64,000 nucleotides of DNA from an uncultured Gemmatimonadales bacterium (GCA_963851265.1 CAWKNZ010000005.1:128001-192000); one strand, 5' to 3'. Numbered from the stretch's first letter, positions 10,964-22,813 are shown. Translations and numbers: made by a program. The notes: generated from the sequence alone by a model not told the origin.

Positions 10964-12427
10964 CTACGGCGTCACGTCGACCCACGTCGGCTGCTTGTAC
11001 GCCGCCAGCCGTTCCGCACACCACCGCTTCACCGCTTCGGGGTCCACCGCCCCCTCCACCGCCAGCGCGATGTCGTGTTCGCGCGCCGGGTCCGGCACCC
11101 CGCGCGCCGTCACCCGGCGCACCCCCGGCATCGCACCCACCACCCGCTCCAACTCGCGCGGATAGACGTTGAACCCGTTGCGGGTGAACATCGGCTTGCA
11201 CACCCCTTCGAACGTCACGTACCCCTCCGCGTCCGCCCGCCCGAGGTCGCCGGTGCGGAGCCACGACTCCCCGTCGCCGGCCGGCCACCGCCCGAGCCCG
11301 TCGGCGCCACGGCTGACGTAACCCGGCCCGACGTTGGGCCCGCGCACGCAGATCTCGCCGCGCGATCCGGTGGGGCACGCGGCCCCCGTCTGCGGGTCGC
11401 GGATCGCGACCGAGACCCCGGGGAAGGGGAGGCCTAACGTGCCGCGTCGGTTCGGGCGGTCGACGCGGTTGAAGAGGCAGACCGGCCCCGCCTCCGTGAG
11501 GCCGTAGCCCTGGCGCAGCTCCACCCCCGAGACCTCCGCCCACCGCTCCTGCAGGGCGACCGGGAGCGGCGCGCCCCCGCAGATGCACGTCCGCAGCGCG
11601 TGCTCGCCCAGCCCTCCCTTGCGCTCGGCCGCCTGGAGCAGCGCGGCGAACACCGCCGGCACGCCGACCAGGTACGTCACGCCCCCGCGCGCGATCAGGT
11701 CGACCGCCGTGATCGGGTTGAAGCGGGCCATCGTCGTCACCCGCCCCCCCGCGAGCAGCGGCGTCAGCCCCGAGACCACGAGCCCGAACAGGTGCGTGAA
11801 CGGGAGCACCGCGAGCGCGTGGTCGGCCGCGGTGACCCCCCCCGCCTCGACCGTCGCGCGCGCGTTGGCGAGCAGGTTGCGGTGCGTGAGCACCGCGCCT
11901 AACGCGCGCCCGCGCATCGCCGAGGTGTAGACCACCGCGGCCTCCTCGTCGCGCCCCTCGGCGTCGCGCGAGCCCTCGAGCGCGAGCGCGTCCCCCGCGT
12001 GCGCCGCGAGGTCGACGTCGCGCGCGGCGCCGTCGGCCGCGACCACGCGGGCCGCCGCGGGCGCGGCGTCGAGCAGCACGTGCACCGTGCCCGCGGGCAG
12101 GCGCGGCGCGAGCGCGGCGCTGGTGAACACGGCGCCCACGTCCGCGTCGGCCAACTGGTCGGCGACCTCGGGGCGGGCGGCGAGCGGGTTCACCAGCACC
12201 GCGCCACGCCCGTCGCACGCGGCGAGGGCGACGAAGAACGCGGGCGACGTCGGCAGCAGGATCGCCGCGCGTCGCCCGGCGAGGGCGCGCACGAGCGTGG
12301 CCGAGCGGCGGAGCAGCGTGAGCCCGGCGGCCGTCAACTGCGCCGCGTCGAAGGAGGCGTCGCCCGCGTCGATGCGACCGCCGGCCGCGGCGAGGGCGTA
12401 GGGGGTGACGGCGAGCGGGTCGGGCAT
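10964..12427 (-). CDS. AMP-binding / long-chain acyl-CoA ligase-like protein with degenerate motifs
   Basis: LTHRNL, LPFTHLFG, GYGLTE, RTGDLG, NVYPRELE; P-loop reads YTSAMRGRALG. Confidence 0.85.
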   Translation of the reverse strand: MPDPLAVTPYALAAAGGRIDAGDASFDAAQLTAAGLTLLRRSATLVRALAGRRAAILLPTSPAFFVALAACDGRGAVLVNPLAARPEVADQLADADVGAVFTSAALAPRLPAGTVHVLLDAAPAAARVVAADGAARDVDLAAHAGDALALEGSRDAEGRDEEAAVVYTSAMRGRALGAVLTHRNLLANARATVEAGGVTAADHALAVLPFTHLFGLVVSGLTPLLAGGRVTTMARFNPITAVDLIARGGVTYLVGVPAVFAALLQAAERKGGLGEHALRTCICGGAPLPVALQERWAEVSGVELRQGYGLTEAGPVCLFNRVDRPNRRGTLGLPFPGVSVAIRDPQTGAACPTGSRGEICVRGPNVGPGYVSRGADGLGRWPAGDGESWLRTGDLGRADAEGYVTFEGVCKPMFTRNGFNVYPRELERVVGAMPGVRRVTARGVPDPAREHDIALAVEGAVDPEAVKRWCAERLAAYKQPTWVDVTP

Positions 12428-12555
12428 GGGCGGGAGGCGAGAGCGTCGCGCCCCAAGGTAGCCGCGGCGTTGCGAGACTGCGCGCGGCACCCGGCGCGCA
12501 TACCTTCTGTGCGCTGTTCGACCGATCCGCCCCACCCGCTTCCCCGTTCGTTCCG

Positions 12556-13960
12556 ATGGCGTATGAAGGTTTGATGGTCAGTGTGTCCGGCGTCCGCGGG
12601 CGCGTGGGGCAGGGGCTCACCCCCGAGGTGGTGGCGCGGTTCGCGGCGGCGTTCGGCGCGTGGGCGACCGCGCGCCACGCGGCGCAGGGCGGCGCGCGGA
12701 CGGTGGTCGTCGGGCGGGACAGCCGCGTGTCGGGGCCGCTCTTTCAGCGCGTCGTCGTTTCCGCCCTCGAGTCGGTGGGCGCGCGCGTGATCGATCTCGG
12801 GATGACCACGACGCCGACGTGCCAGCTCGCCGTCGAACACCACCACGCGGCGGGCGGGCTGATGATCTCGGCCAGCCACAACCCGATCGAGTGGAACGCG
12901 CTCAAGATGGTCGGGTCGACCGGGCTCTTCCTCGACGCCTCCGAGGGCGCGGAGATGCGCGCCGGCATGGAGCAGGGCACGCGCTACGCGACGTGGGACC
13001 AGCTCGGCTCGGTGGTCGCCGACGAGGAGGCCGCGCGGCGGCACGTCGAGCAGGTGCTGGCGCTCCCCTACGTCGACGTCGCGCGCATCCGCGCGCGCGG
13101 ATTCAAGGTGGCCCTCGACGCCTGCCGCGGCGCGGGCGCGGTCGTCATGCCCTACCTGCTGGAGCGGCTCGGCTGCGTGGTGACGGCGGTCAACATGGAG
13201 CCCGACGGACGCTTTCCGCGTCCGCCCGAGCCGGTCGCGGAGAATCTGGGCGAGCTGGAGGCGCTCACGCGCGCGGCCGGGGCCGACGTGGGGTTCGCCG
13301 TCGACCCCGACGTGGACCGCCTCGCGCTCGTCGACGAGACCGGGCGCGCGATCGGCGAGGACTACACGCTCGCGCTCGCGGCGCGCCTCGTGCTGGCGCA
13401 CAAGTCGGGCGTGGTCGTGACCAACCTGTCGACGAGCCGCGTGGTCGACGACGTGGCGGAGGCGGCGGGGAGCCGGGTGATCCGCGCGCCGGTGGGCGAG
13501 GTGAACGTGGCCGTGCGGATGCGCGAGGAGGGGGCGGTGGTGGGCGGCGAGGGGAACGGCGGCGTGATCCTGCCCGAGCTGCACCTCGGGCGCGACGCGC
13601 CGCTCGGCGCGGCGCTCGTGCTGCAGTTGCTCGCCGAGGCAGGACCGGCCGCTCTCGGCCGTGGTCGCTGACCATCCGCGGTATGCGATCGTCAAGGACA
13701 AGCTCGACCGCCCGAACGCGCCACTCGACGCGGTGTATGCCGCGCTGGGCGCCGCGTTCCCCGACGCGACGCGCGACACGCAGGACGGGCTCCGGCTCGC
13801 GTGGCCCGACCGCTGGGTGCACGTACGGCCGAGCGGCACCGAGCCGATCGTGCGCGTGATCGCGGAAGGGCCGACGGAGGCCGACGCGCGCGCGCTCGTG
13901 GCGCGGTCGCGCGTGCCGCTCGACGCGCTCGCGCAGGATCTGCTCGCCTCATCAACCTGA
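12556..13960 (+). CDS. glmM: Phosphoglucosamine mutase with one +1 frameshift near 13638
   Basis: SVSGVRG, GRDSR, SASHNP, DPDVDR, GGEGNGG; C-terminal domain (VRPSGTEP) continues in the next frame; directly upstream of glmS. Confidence 0.88.
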
Positions 13961-13968
13961 TAACGCAT

Positions 13969-15795
<1,827 letters not shown>

Positions 15796-15884
15796 GCCCG
15801 GGCGGGCGTGGAGGCCCGCCCGTCACCGGCCACAGATGGAGAGCGTCCGACTCCGGAACCGCCCTGCGGTGCGCCGACGCGATC

Positions 15885-15973
15885 CCAGTCGCCGGACGTG
15901 AGACGCCACTGACCGCGCGAACTCGTCCGTTCGTCGGTTCCCCATGGCCGTGCCCACCCGGGCGGCGTAGTCT
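15885..15973 (+). promoter_or_regulatory. Three 21-bp-phased LytTR-type boxes plus -10 upstream of the sensor kinase
   Basis: CCAGTCGCCG (15885), CCACTGACCG (15906), CCGTTCGTCG (15927); TAGTCT at 15968. Confidence 0.7.
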
Positions 15974-15979
15974 CCGCGC

Positions 15980-18025
15980 ATGTCCCGCGCATCCGCGCTG
16001 ACGGCACTCGTTCACCTCGCCGGTTTCGGCACGGGCGCGGCGCTCTACGCGATGCTCGGCGTGATGGCCGTGCGGAGCGCGCCGCGTTCGTCGGCGCGCG
16101 GCGATCGCCTGCCGATCGCGACCGCCCTCCTCGGCGTCGCGTGGAACGCGGGCGCGCTCGTGCTCTACTCGCTGCACGACCTCGCCCTCGCGCCGGTGAT
16201 GCATGCGGGGCCGTGGTTCACCGCGCTCGGCGTCGTCGCGTTCGCGGCGCTCGGGTTCCTGCCCGCGGTCGCCGTGCAGGCGGCGGCGCAGCCCATCCCG
16301 CGCGCATTCCGCCGCTGGCTCGTGGGCGCGGCCTACGCGCTGAGCGCCGCGGCCGCGGTGCAGCACGCGTGGGCCGGCGTGGCCACCGACACGGTGCCGT
16401 CGCGCGCCGCGCTGCTCACACTCACCGTCGGCTACGTGGCGTCGCTGCCGGTGCTCGCGTTGGCGCTCCGCGGGCGCCCCGGCGGGCGGGCGCCGTTCGT
16501 CGCGGCCGCCCTCGCCGCCTTCGCGGTCGCCGCGCTGCACCTGCGACATCACACCGCGGGCGAGTCACTCGCCGCGCACGTGCTCGGCGACCACGCGTCG
16601 CTGCCGCTCGCGCTCGTGGTCCTCTACCAGGACTATCGCGTCGCGTTCGCGGACCTGTTCCTCAAGCGTGCACTCGCCGCGCTCGCGCTCGTCGTGTACG
16701 CGGTCGTCGCGTACCTCGTCGTCGTCGTGCCGGTCGTCCTCCCGCGGCTCGCCGCGAACCCGGCGGACCCGCTCGGGGCCGTGGTCTTGGCGGGCGTCGT
16801 CGGGACGCTGCTCGCGCTCGCGCCGCGCGCGCGGCGTGGAGCGGCGGCCGTCGTCGACCGGGCGATCCTGCACCGACCCGACGCCGTCGTGGCGCGGCGC
16901 GCGCTCGCCGCGGGCATCGCCGAGGCGCAGAGCGCGGAGGCGGTGCTCGATGCCGCGACGGCGCACCTTGCCCCGGCGCTCCCGGCCGGCGCCGTCACCT
17001 GGAAGCGGCGGGACGACGACGCGCACGCACTGGGGCACACGGGCGTGCGCACCGACGCGCGCGGCCGCGAGGCGACGGTCGACGTCCCGACCGCCGACGC
17101 GCCCGGGTACGTCGTGCACGTCGGCTCGCTCCCCGCGGGGCGACGGCTGCTCTCCGACGACCTCGCGCTCCTGGAGTGGGCGGCGCTCCTCGCGGCGCGC
17201 CGCATCGACCTCGTCCGCGTCGCGCACGAACGGTACGAGCGCGAAGCCCGCGAGCGCGAGACGGCGCAGCTGGCGACGGAGGCCGAGTTGCGCGCACTCC
17301 GCGCGCAACTCAACCCGCACTTCCTCTTCAACGCGCTCACCACGATCGGCTACCTCGTGCGGGCCGCGCCCGAGCGCGCGGTCGCCACCGTCTACGACCT
17401 GACCGAGTTGTTGCGCGCCGCCCTCCGGCCGACGACGGGCCACACGGTGCCGCTCGCCGAGGAGCTCGCGATGGTGGACGCGTATCTCGCCATCGAGCGG
17501 GCGCGCTTCGAGGAACGGCTCAGGGTCGTCGTCGACGTGGACGCGGCGGCGCGGGGCGCTTCGGTGCCGCCGCTGCTCGTGCAGCCGCTGGTCGAGAACG
17601 CGGTCCAGCACGGGATCGCGCCGCTCGCCCGCGGCGGCGAGGTGTGCGTGTGGGCCCGCGTCGAGGGGGAGGGCGCGCAGGCGCGCCTGCACGTGCGCGT
17701 GAGCGACACCGGGGCCGGGGCGGACGCGGGACGGCTCGCGGCGCGGCGCGCCGCAGGGTTCGGCCTGCAGAGCGTGGAGCGGCGGCTGGATCGACTCTAC
17801 GGCGCAGCCGCGACATTCCGGTTCACCTCGCGCGCGGGCGACGGAACGACCGTCGCCCTGCACATCCCGCTGACGGCCCCGTCGCTCCCCGCCCGGAGCA
17901 CGTCGCCGGCCGGCGCGCAGTTAGGCGGCGAGGTGCGTGCCACGGCTCCTGCCCGCGCGGCCGATCCCGAGGTGGGCGGGAGTTCGCGCGCGAGTGGCGG
18001 GCGCACGCGGCGGGTCGTCACGTGA
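15980..18025 (+). CDS. LytS/YehU-type membrane sensor histidine kinase
   Basis: Multi-TM N-terminus, AQLNPHFLFNAL H-box, YLAIERARF, QPLVENAVQHG, SDTGAG, GFGL. Confidence 0.93.
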   Translation: MSRASALTALVHLAGFGTGAALYAMLGVMAVRSAPRSSARGDRLPIATALLGVAWNAGALVLYSLHDLALAPVMHAGPWFTALGVVAFAALGFLPAVAVQAAAQPIPRAFRRWLVGAAYALSAAAAVQHAWAGVATDTVPSRAALLTLTVGYVASLPVLALALRGRPGGRAPFVAAALAAFAVAALHLRHHTAGESLAAHVLGDHASLPLALVVLYQDYRVAFADLFLKRALAALALVVYAVVAYLVVVVPVVLPRLAANPADPLGAVVLAGVVGTLLALAPRARRGAAAVVDRAILHRPDAVVARRALAAGIAEAQSAEAVLDAATAHLAPALPAGAVTWKRRDDDAHALGHTGVRTDARGREATVDVPTADAPGYVVHVGSLPAGRRLLSDDLALLEWAALLAARRIDLVRVAHERYEREARERETAQLATEAELRALRAQLNPHFLFNALTTIGYLVRAAPERAVATVYDLTELLRAALRPTTGHTVPLAEELAMVDAYLAIERARFEERLRVVVDVDAAARGASVPPLLVQPLVENAVQHGIAPLARGGEVCVWARVEGEGAQARLHVRVSDTGAGADAGRLAARRAAGFGLQSVERRLDRLYGAAATFRFTSRAGDGTTVALHIPLTAPSLPARSTSPAGAQLGGEVRATAPARAADPEVGGSSRASGGRTRRVVT

Positions 18026-18954
18026 CGTCGTCCGGATCTGGTGCCGCACCGGAGCGCGCCGACACCCCGCGGCGCGACCCCGGAAGCACGCTCCGGGTCG
18101 TGGTCGCTGACGACGAGCGGCCGGCGCGCTCCTTCCTGGTCGCGCTCCTTCGCGGGTCGCCGGATGTCGAGGTCGTCGGCGAGGCGGCCGACGGCGCGGA
18201 GGCGGTGGCGGTCATCGAGCGCACCCGCCCGGACCTCGCCCTCCTCGATCTGCAGATGCCCGAACTCGACGGGCTCGGCGTCGTGCGTGCGCTCGAACGC
18301 GCGCTCAAGCGGGACGCTTCGCCGCGTGCGCAGGGGTTGCCGGTGGCGCTGCCGCTCGTCGCGTTCGTCACGGCGTACGACGAATACGCGGTCCGCGCCT
18401 TCGACGTGCACGCGGTCGATTACCTGCTCAAGCCCGTCGACGGGCCGCGGCTCCGGCGCACCCTGATGCGGGCGCACGAACGCCTCGAGCGGGCCGACGT
18501 GCGGGCGGACGCCGAAGTGCGGCTGCGCGCGGCGATGGCGGCGCTCGCCGGGCAGGGCGCGGAGGTCGCCGCGGCGCCCGAACCCGTCGAGCGCCCGCGC
18601 GTGCGGCGCGCGGGGGCGCCGCTCGACCGCATTCCGGTGCGGCGGCGCGACGACGTGCTCCTCGTCCCGGTCGCGCAGGTGCTCGCCGTCGTCGCCGACG
18701 GGGAACTCCTGCACGTGCACACCGTCGGCGGCGAGCGGCACACGATTTCGTACCGCCTCAAGGATCTCGAAGTCCGCCTCCCCGCGGGGGCGTTCGTGCG
18801 CCTGTCGCGCGGCGCGCTCGCGCGCGTCGACGCGATCCGCGTCGTGAGCCCGATGCCGGGCGGCACGTACGTCGTCACCCTCGCGGGGGGCATGCAGATC
18901 CCCGTGAGCCGGCTCCGCTCGCGCTACGTCCGCGACCGGCTGCTGCGGCTGTAG
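18022..18954 (+). CDS. LytTR-family response regulator
   Basis: VADDE, LDLQMP, FVTAYDEYA..DYLLKP, then a LytTR domain (FVRLSRG..VSR); GTGA overlap with the kinase. Confidence 0.93.
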   Translation: MTSSGSGAAPERADTPRRDPGSTLRVVVADDERPARSFLVALLRGSPDVEVVGEAADGAEAVAVIERTRPDLALLDLQMPELDGLGVVRALERALKRDASPRAQGLPVALPLVAFVTAYDEYAVRAFDVHAVDYLLKPVDGPRLRRTLMRAHERLERADVRADAEVRLRAAMAALAGQGAEVAAAPEPVERPRVRRAGAPLDRIPVRRRDDVLLVPVAQVLAVVADGELLHVHTVGGERHTISYRLKDLEVRLPAGAFVRLSRGALARVDAIRVVSPMPGGTYVVTLAGGMQIPVSRLRSRYVRDRLLRL

Positions 18955-18957
18955 GGA

Positions 18958-19046
18958 CCGACCACCGCGCGCGCGCCACCAGTGGTGGCCGCGGGACGAC
19001 CATTCGTCGGAGTGCGTGCGGGGGCTCGGGCGGCGTGCGCGATACT
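18958..19046 (+). promoter_or_regulatory. Three 21-bp-phased LytTR-type boxes plus -10 upstream of the TonB-dependent receptor
   Basis: CCGACCACCG (18958), CCAGTGGTGG (18979), CCATTCGTCG (19000); GATACT at 19041. Confidence 0.7.
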
Positions 19047-19105
19047 GCACCGGCCGGCACGCGCACCTGTGCGCACGCGTCGGTCTCCTCGTCCCGTTGG
19101 CGCTG

Positions 19106-21574
19106 ATGCCCGTGCTCCCCGCTTCCGTCCCCACGCCGTCGACCGCGATCATCGCGGCGGCCATCCCTGCTCGTAGCCGAGCACACGCCGCGGTCGCGCG
19201 CATGGCCGGCGACATCGTCGGTACGGTGCGCGACAGCGCGTCGGGCCGCCCGCTCGAAGCTGCCGAAGTCAGCGCGCGACGCGACGGGCAGGTCGTCGCG
19301 AACGCGCAGACCGACGCGTTCGGCCGCTACACGCTGCACAACCTGCCTTCCGGGCACTACGTCGTGTCGGCGCGCTTCATCGGCTTCCGTGCCGGGGACC
19401 GCGCGCTCGACGTGGGCGCCGCCGGGGCCGCGACGCGCAGCGTCGATTTTGCGCTCACCACGGTCGCGACCGCTCTCACCGGGGTCAACATCACCGCGAG
19501 CGCGCCGGTCGCGGTCGACACGCGGACCGGCAACCAGACCTTCCAGCAGAACGAGTACCGCGGCGCGCCGACCAACACGACGTCGCAGATCCTGCAGCAG
19601 ACCATTGCCGGCGCGGCGCGCGCGCCGACGGGCGAGGTGCACATCCGCGGGCAGCACGCCGAGTACACCTACGTCATCGACGGCGTCCCGGTCCCGGCGG
19701 GCATCTCGGGTTCGCTCAACGAGCTCTTCGACCCGCAGGTCGTCAACCAGATCGACTTCATCACCGGCGGGTGGGACGCCGAGTACGGCAACAAGAACGC
19801 GGCGATCGTCGACGTGAAGACGCGGATCCCGGCGGGCGGCTTCCACGCGAACGTCGGCACCTACGCGGGCGCGTTCGACGGCGCCTCGACCGTCGGGAAC
19901 CGCGGGCTCAACGGCCAGTCCGTGAGCGCGAGCACGAACGCCGGCCGCTGGGGGTTCTTCGTCGCGGGGAGCCGGCAGTTCAGCGACATGCGCCGCGAGC
20001 CGCTCGTGTTCGACACGGCCGGCAACAAGTCGCTCAACTTCCACAACGACGGGCGTGACCTGTTCGGCTTCGGCAAGGTGCAGTACACGGCCGGGCCCAA
20101 CGACGTCGTCAACCTCGACGCCAACCTGTCGACGACGAACTTCGCGGTGCCGTACGACTCGACGGGCGGCGTGTTCAGCAACGACCGGCAGCGGGACCGC
20201 AACGCGTTCGTCAACCTGAGCTGGCGCCACCAGTTCGGCGGCGCGGGAGGCGGTGCCGGCGGCGGTGCCGGCGGCGGTGCCGCAGGCGGCCAGGCGTCGG
20301 CGACGTCGACCAACACGAGCTCCACGTCGACGTCGGTCGCGGGCGCGCCGGCCGACTTCTTCGGCGCGGTCTACTACCGACACGGCTCGCTCAACTACTC
20401 ACCAGACCCGCGCGACCAGGCGCAATTCGTGTTCGCGCCGGACACCGTCCCGTACAGTCTCGCCGAGCGGCGCAACTTCGACGCGTACGGCCTCGTCGCC
20501 GCCTACACGGCGCACCCGTTGCGCGAGCTGGAGGTCAAGGTCGGGACCCAGTCGTCGGTCACGCGGGGGCACGAGGACTTCAGCTCGCTCGACAACGCGG
20601 GGAACAGCGGGCCGGGGTCCAATTCCGCGCTCCGCGGGTCGGACGTGGGGGTGTACGCGCAGACGGCGTTCGCCCCCGTAGAGTGGTTCGAGCTCCGCAC
20701 GGGGGTGCGCTACGACGCCCACCGCGCGCCGTTCGCCGGGACGCAGCACCAGCTGAGCCCGCGCGTCCGGCTCAACTTCTTCCCGTCCTCGTCGACGACG
20801 CTCTACGCCTACTACGGGCGCCTCTTCGTCCCGACCAACGTCGAGGACCTGCGCGCGATCACCAGCTCGGCGTTAGGCGATTCCGTGACGCCCAACCCGA
20901 CGCTCCCCGAGCGCGATTCGTTCTACGAAATCGGCGCGGTCCAACGGCTGCCGTTCCTCGGGTCCTCGATCAAGCTCGCCGGCTACCGCAAGAACTCGTC
21001 GCCGGGGATCGACGACAACACCGTGCCGGGGTCGGCGATCACCACCTCGGTGAACATCGCGCAGGTGCGCGTGACGGGAATCGAGAGCGTGGTCGAGATC
21101 CGCCCGCCCGGGCCGTTCTCGGGCTACATCAACGCGTCGCTCAACCACGCGTACGGGCTCGGGCCGGTGACGGGCGGGTTCTTCCCCGTGGTGCCGCCCG
21201 GCGGGTACTTCGACCTCGACCACGACCAGCGACTCTCGCTCGTCGCGAGCGGGTTCTACAGCGCGCGCCACTTCTACGTGAGCGCGACGGGGATCTACGG
21301 GAGCGGACTGACCAACGGCGTGCAGCCGGCCGACTGCGAGTGCCAGTACGGGACGGGGCTGTTCGACTTCAACCGCGGCACCAAGGTCAAGCCGAGCGCG
21401 ATCGTGAACCTCAGCACCGGCTACACGTTCCTGACGCGCGGTGCGGTGGTGCGTCCGGAGCTCTACGTCGAGAACCTGTTCGACAAGACCTACCTGCTCA
21501 AAGGTGCGTTCTTCAGCGGGGCGTCGGTCGGCCGGCCGCGGAGCGTGCAGGTGCGACTGAACATCGGGATCTGA
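19106..21574 (+). CDS. TonB-dependent receptor with N-terminal carboxypeptidase-regulatory-like domain
   Basis: GTVRD..TDAFGRY domain, plug (HIRG..YVIDGVP, GGWDAEYG), beta-barrel end ENLFDKTY..GRPRSVQVRLNIGI. Start uncertain (19016-19201). Confidence 0.88.
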   Translation: MPVLPASVPTPSTAIIAAAIPARSRAHAAVARMAGDIVGTVRDSASGRPLEAAEVSARRDGQVVANAQTDAFGRYTLHNLPSGHYVVSARFIGFRAGDRALDVGAAGAATRSVDFALTTVATALTGVNITASAPVAVDTRTGNQTFQQNEYRGAPTNTTSQILQQTIAGAARAPTGEVHIRGQHAEYTYVIDGVPVPAGISGSLNELFDPQVVNQIDFITGGWDAEYGNKNAAIVDVKTRIPAGGFHANVGTYAGAFDGASTVGNRGLNGQSVSASTNAGRWGFFVAGSRQFSDMRREPLVFDTAGNKSLNFHNDGRDLFGFGKVQYTAGPNDVVNLDANLSTTNFAVPYDSTGGVFSNDRQRDRNAFVNLSWRHQFGGAGGGAGGGAGGGAAGGQASATSTNTSSTSTSVAGAPADFFGAVYYRHGSLNYSPDPRDQAQFVFAPDTVPYSLAERRNFDAYGLVAAYTAHPLRELEVKVGTQSSVTRGHEDFSSLDNAGNSGPGSNSALRGSDVGVYAQTAFAPVEWFELRTGVRYDAHRAPFAGTQHQLSPRVRLNFFPSSSTTLYAYYGRLFVPTNVEDLRAITSSALGDSVTPNPTLPERDSFYEIGAVQRLPFLGSSIKLAGYRKNSSPGIDDNTVPGSAITTSVNIAQVRVTGIESVVEIRPPGPFSGYINASLNHAYGLGPVTGGFFPVVPPGGYFDLDHDQRLSLVASGFYSARHFYVSATGIYGSGLTNGVQPADCECQYGTGLFDFNRGTKVKPSAIVNLSTGYTFLTRGAVVRPELYVENLFDKTYLLKGAFFSGASVGRPRSVQVRLNIGI

Positions 21575-22761
21575 CCGCGGCGCGCCGTCGCGGCGCGCCG
21601 AGCCTGGATCGGACCCGCGACCGCAGCTGCGGCGACCAGCGGGACCGGCGCAGCCGCGAGCCCCGTTCCGGTCACGGTCTGGGTCGCGTCGTAGCTCGGG
21701 TCGGCGTCGAAGAGGACGAGGGCGTAGCGCGCGCTGCTCGCGCCGCCGTTGGCCACCGACACGGTGCCGCCCGCGCCGCCGTCGTAGTTCACCACCGCCG
21801 CCTCCGGCGTCGCCGCGCCGGGCGCGACGACGCTCACCCGCATCGTGCTCGGCAGCGCGCCCGCCGAGGCGGCCTGCGTGCGCACCGTGGCCTGGCCGCC
21901 GGCCGGCACCGTGAACTCGAAGTACGCCGTCGTGCCACCGCGCAGCGGAACCGTCTGCGCCTGCCCGTCCGACAACGCGCGCGTCGTGAGCGGGTACACG
22001 CCCCCGTTGATCTTCCCTCCACCCTGCAGCGTGAAGCCGGTCAGCACCTGCCGGAAATCCCAGCTCGCCTGCCGGTAGCGCGCCGCGAGCGGCGACCCGT
22101 CGAGCGCCGGCACCGCCCCGTCGGCGTAGTTCGACACGGCCCAGTCGCGGAACCAGTCGGTGAGCGACGGACCGAGGCCCGTCGCGGTCTGCAGGTTGGC
22201 GAGCCCCGCCTGCGTGCTGTTGACGAGCGGCTGGAAGAAGGCGCTGTCCGTCTTCCCGCTCCGGTCGGCCGCGTAGCGGAGAAACGACCAGATCGCCCCG
22301 CGCATCTCGAGGAAGTCGTACGTCGTCGTCGCCCCGGAACTCGTCTCGGGGACGTACGGTCCGTACCGCGCGGTCGCCTTGAGGTAGAGCCCGAGCCGCG
22401 CCAGGTTTTGGACCTCGTAGCCGTTGAGGGCCGCGAGCCCCCCGGCCGCCGCGCTGATCGCCGACGGCGTGAGCCGGTCCCGGGGCGACTGTCCCGGCTG
22501 CCCCGCCGGCCCGAGACCGGACGCGCGGTAGAAATCGAGCTCCTCGGCGATGTGGCTCAACCCCTCGTTCAGCCAGAGCTCCTCGAGATAGTTGGGCGTG
22601 TCGAGCGTGTAGAGCCGCCGCGACGCGTTGATGAGGTGCTGGGACTCGTGCCCCAGCGTGGCGACGGACGTGCGGGCGACGAAGTCTTTCGTGCGCGCGT
22701 TCCCGTTGATCGCGCCCGACGGGTCGGGGACGAGCATGTAGAACATCTCGCTGTCCGACAA
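21490..22761 (-). pseudogene. 5'-truncated zinc metallopeptidase-like gene (M30/hyicolysin-like)
   Basis: HESQH plus WLNEGLSHIAEE; the protein-like part begins abruptly at SDSEMFYMLVPDP about 35 residues before HExxH, with no signal peptide, immediately beside the copA promoter. Confidence 0.6.
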
Positions 22762-22784
22762 GGCGGGCGTGCAAGCGCACGCGG

Positions 22785-22813
22785 TTGTATACCCCCAGGG
22801 GGTACCATAGATT
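22785..22813 (+). promoter_or_regulatory. sigma70 promoter with a CsoR-type operator in the spacer
   Basis: TTGTAT (22785)-N17-TAGATT (22808); palindrome TACCCCC-A-GGGGGTA at 22790-22804; csoR is in the downstream operon. Confidence 0.85.

Noticed and set aside
13961..13968. glmS ribozyme
   Set aside because: Only 8 bp separate glmM from glmS; there is no room.
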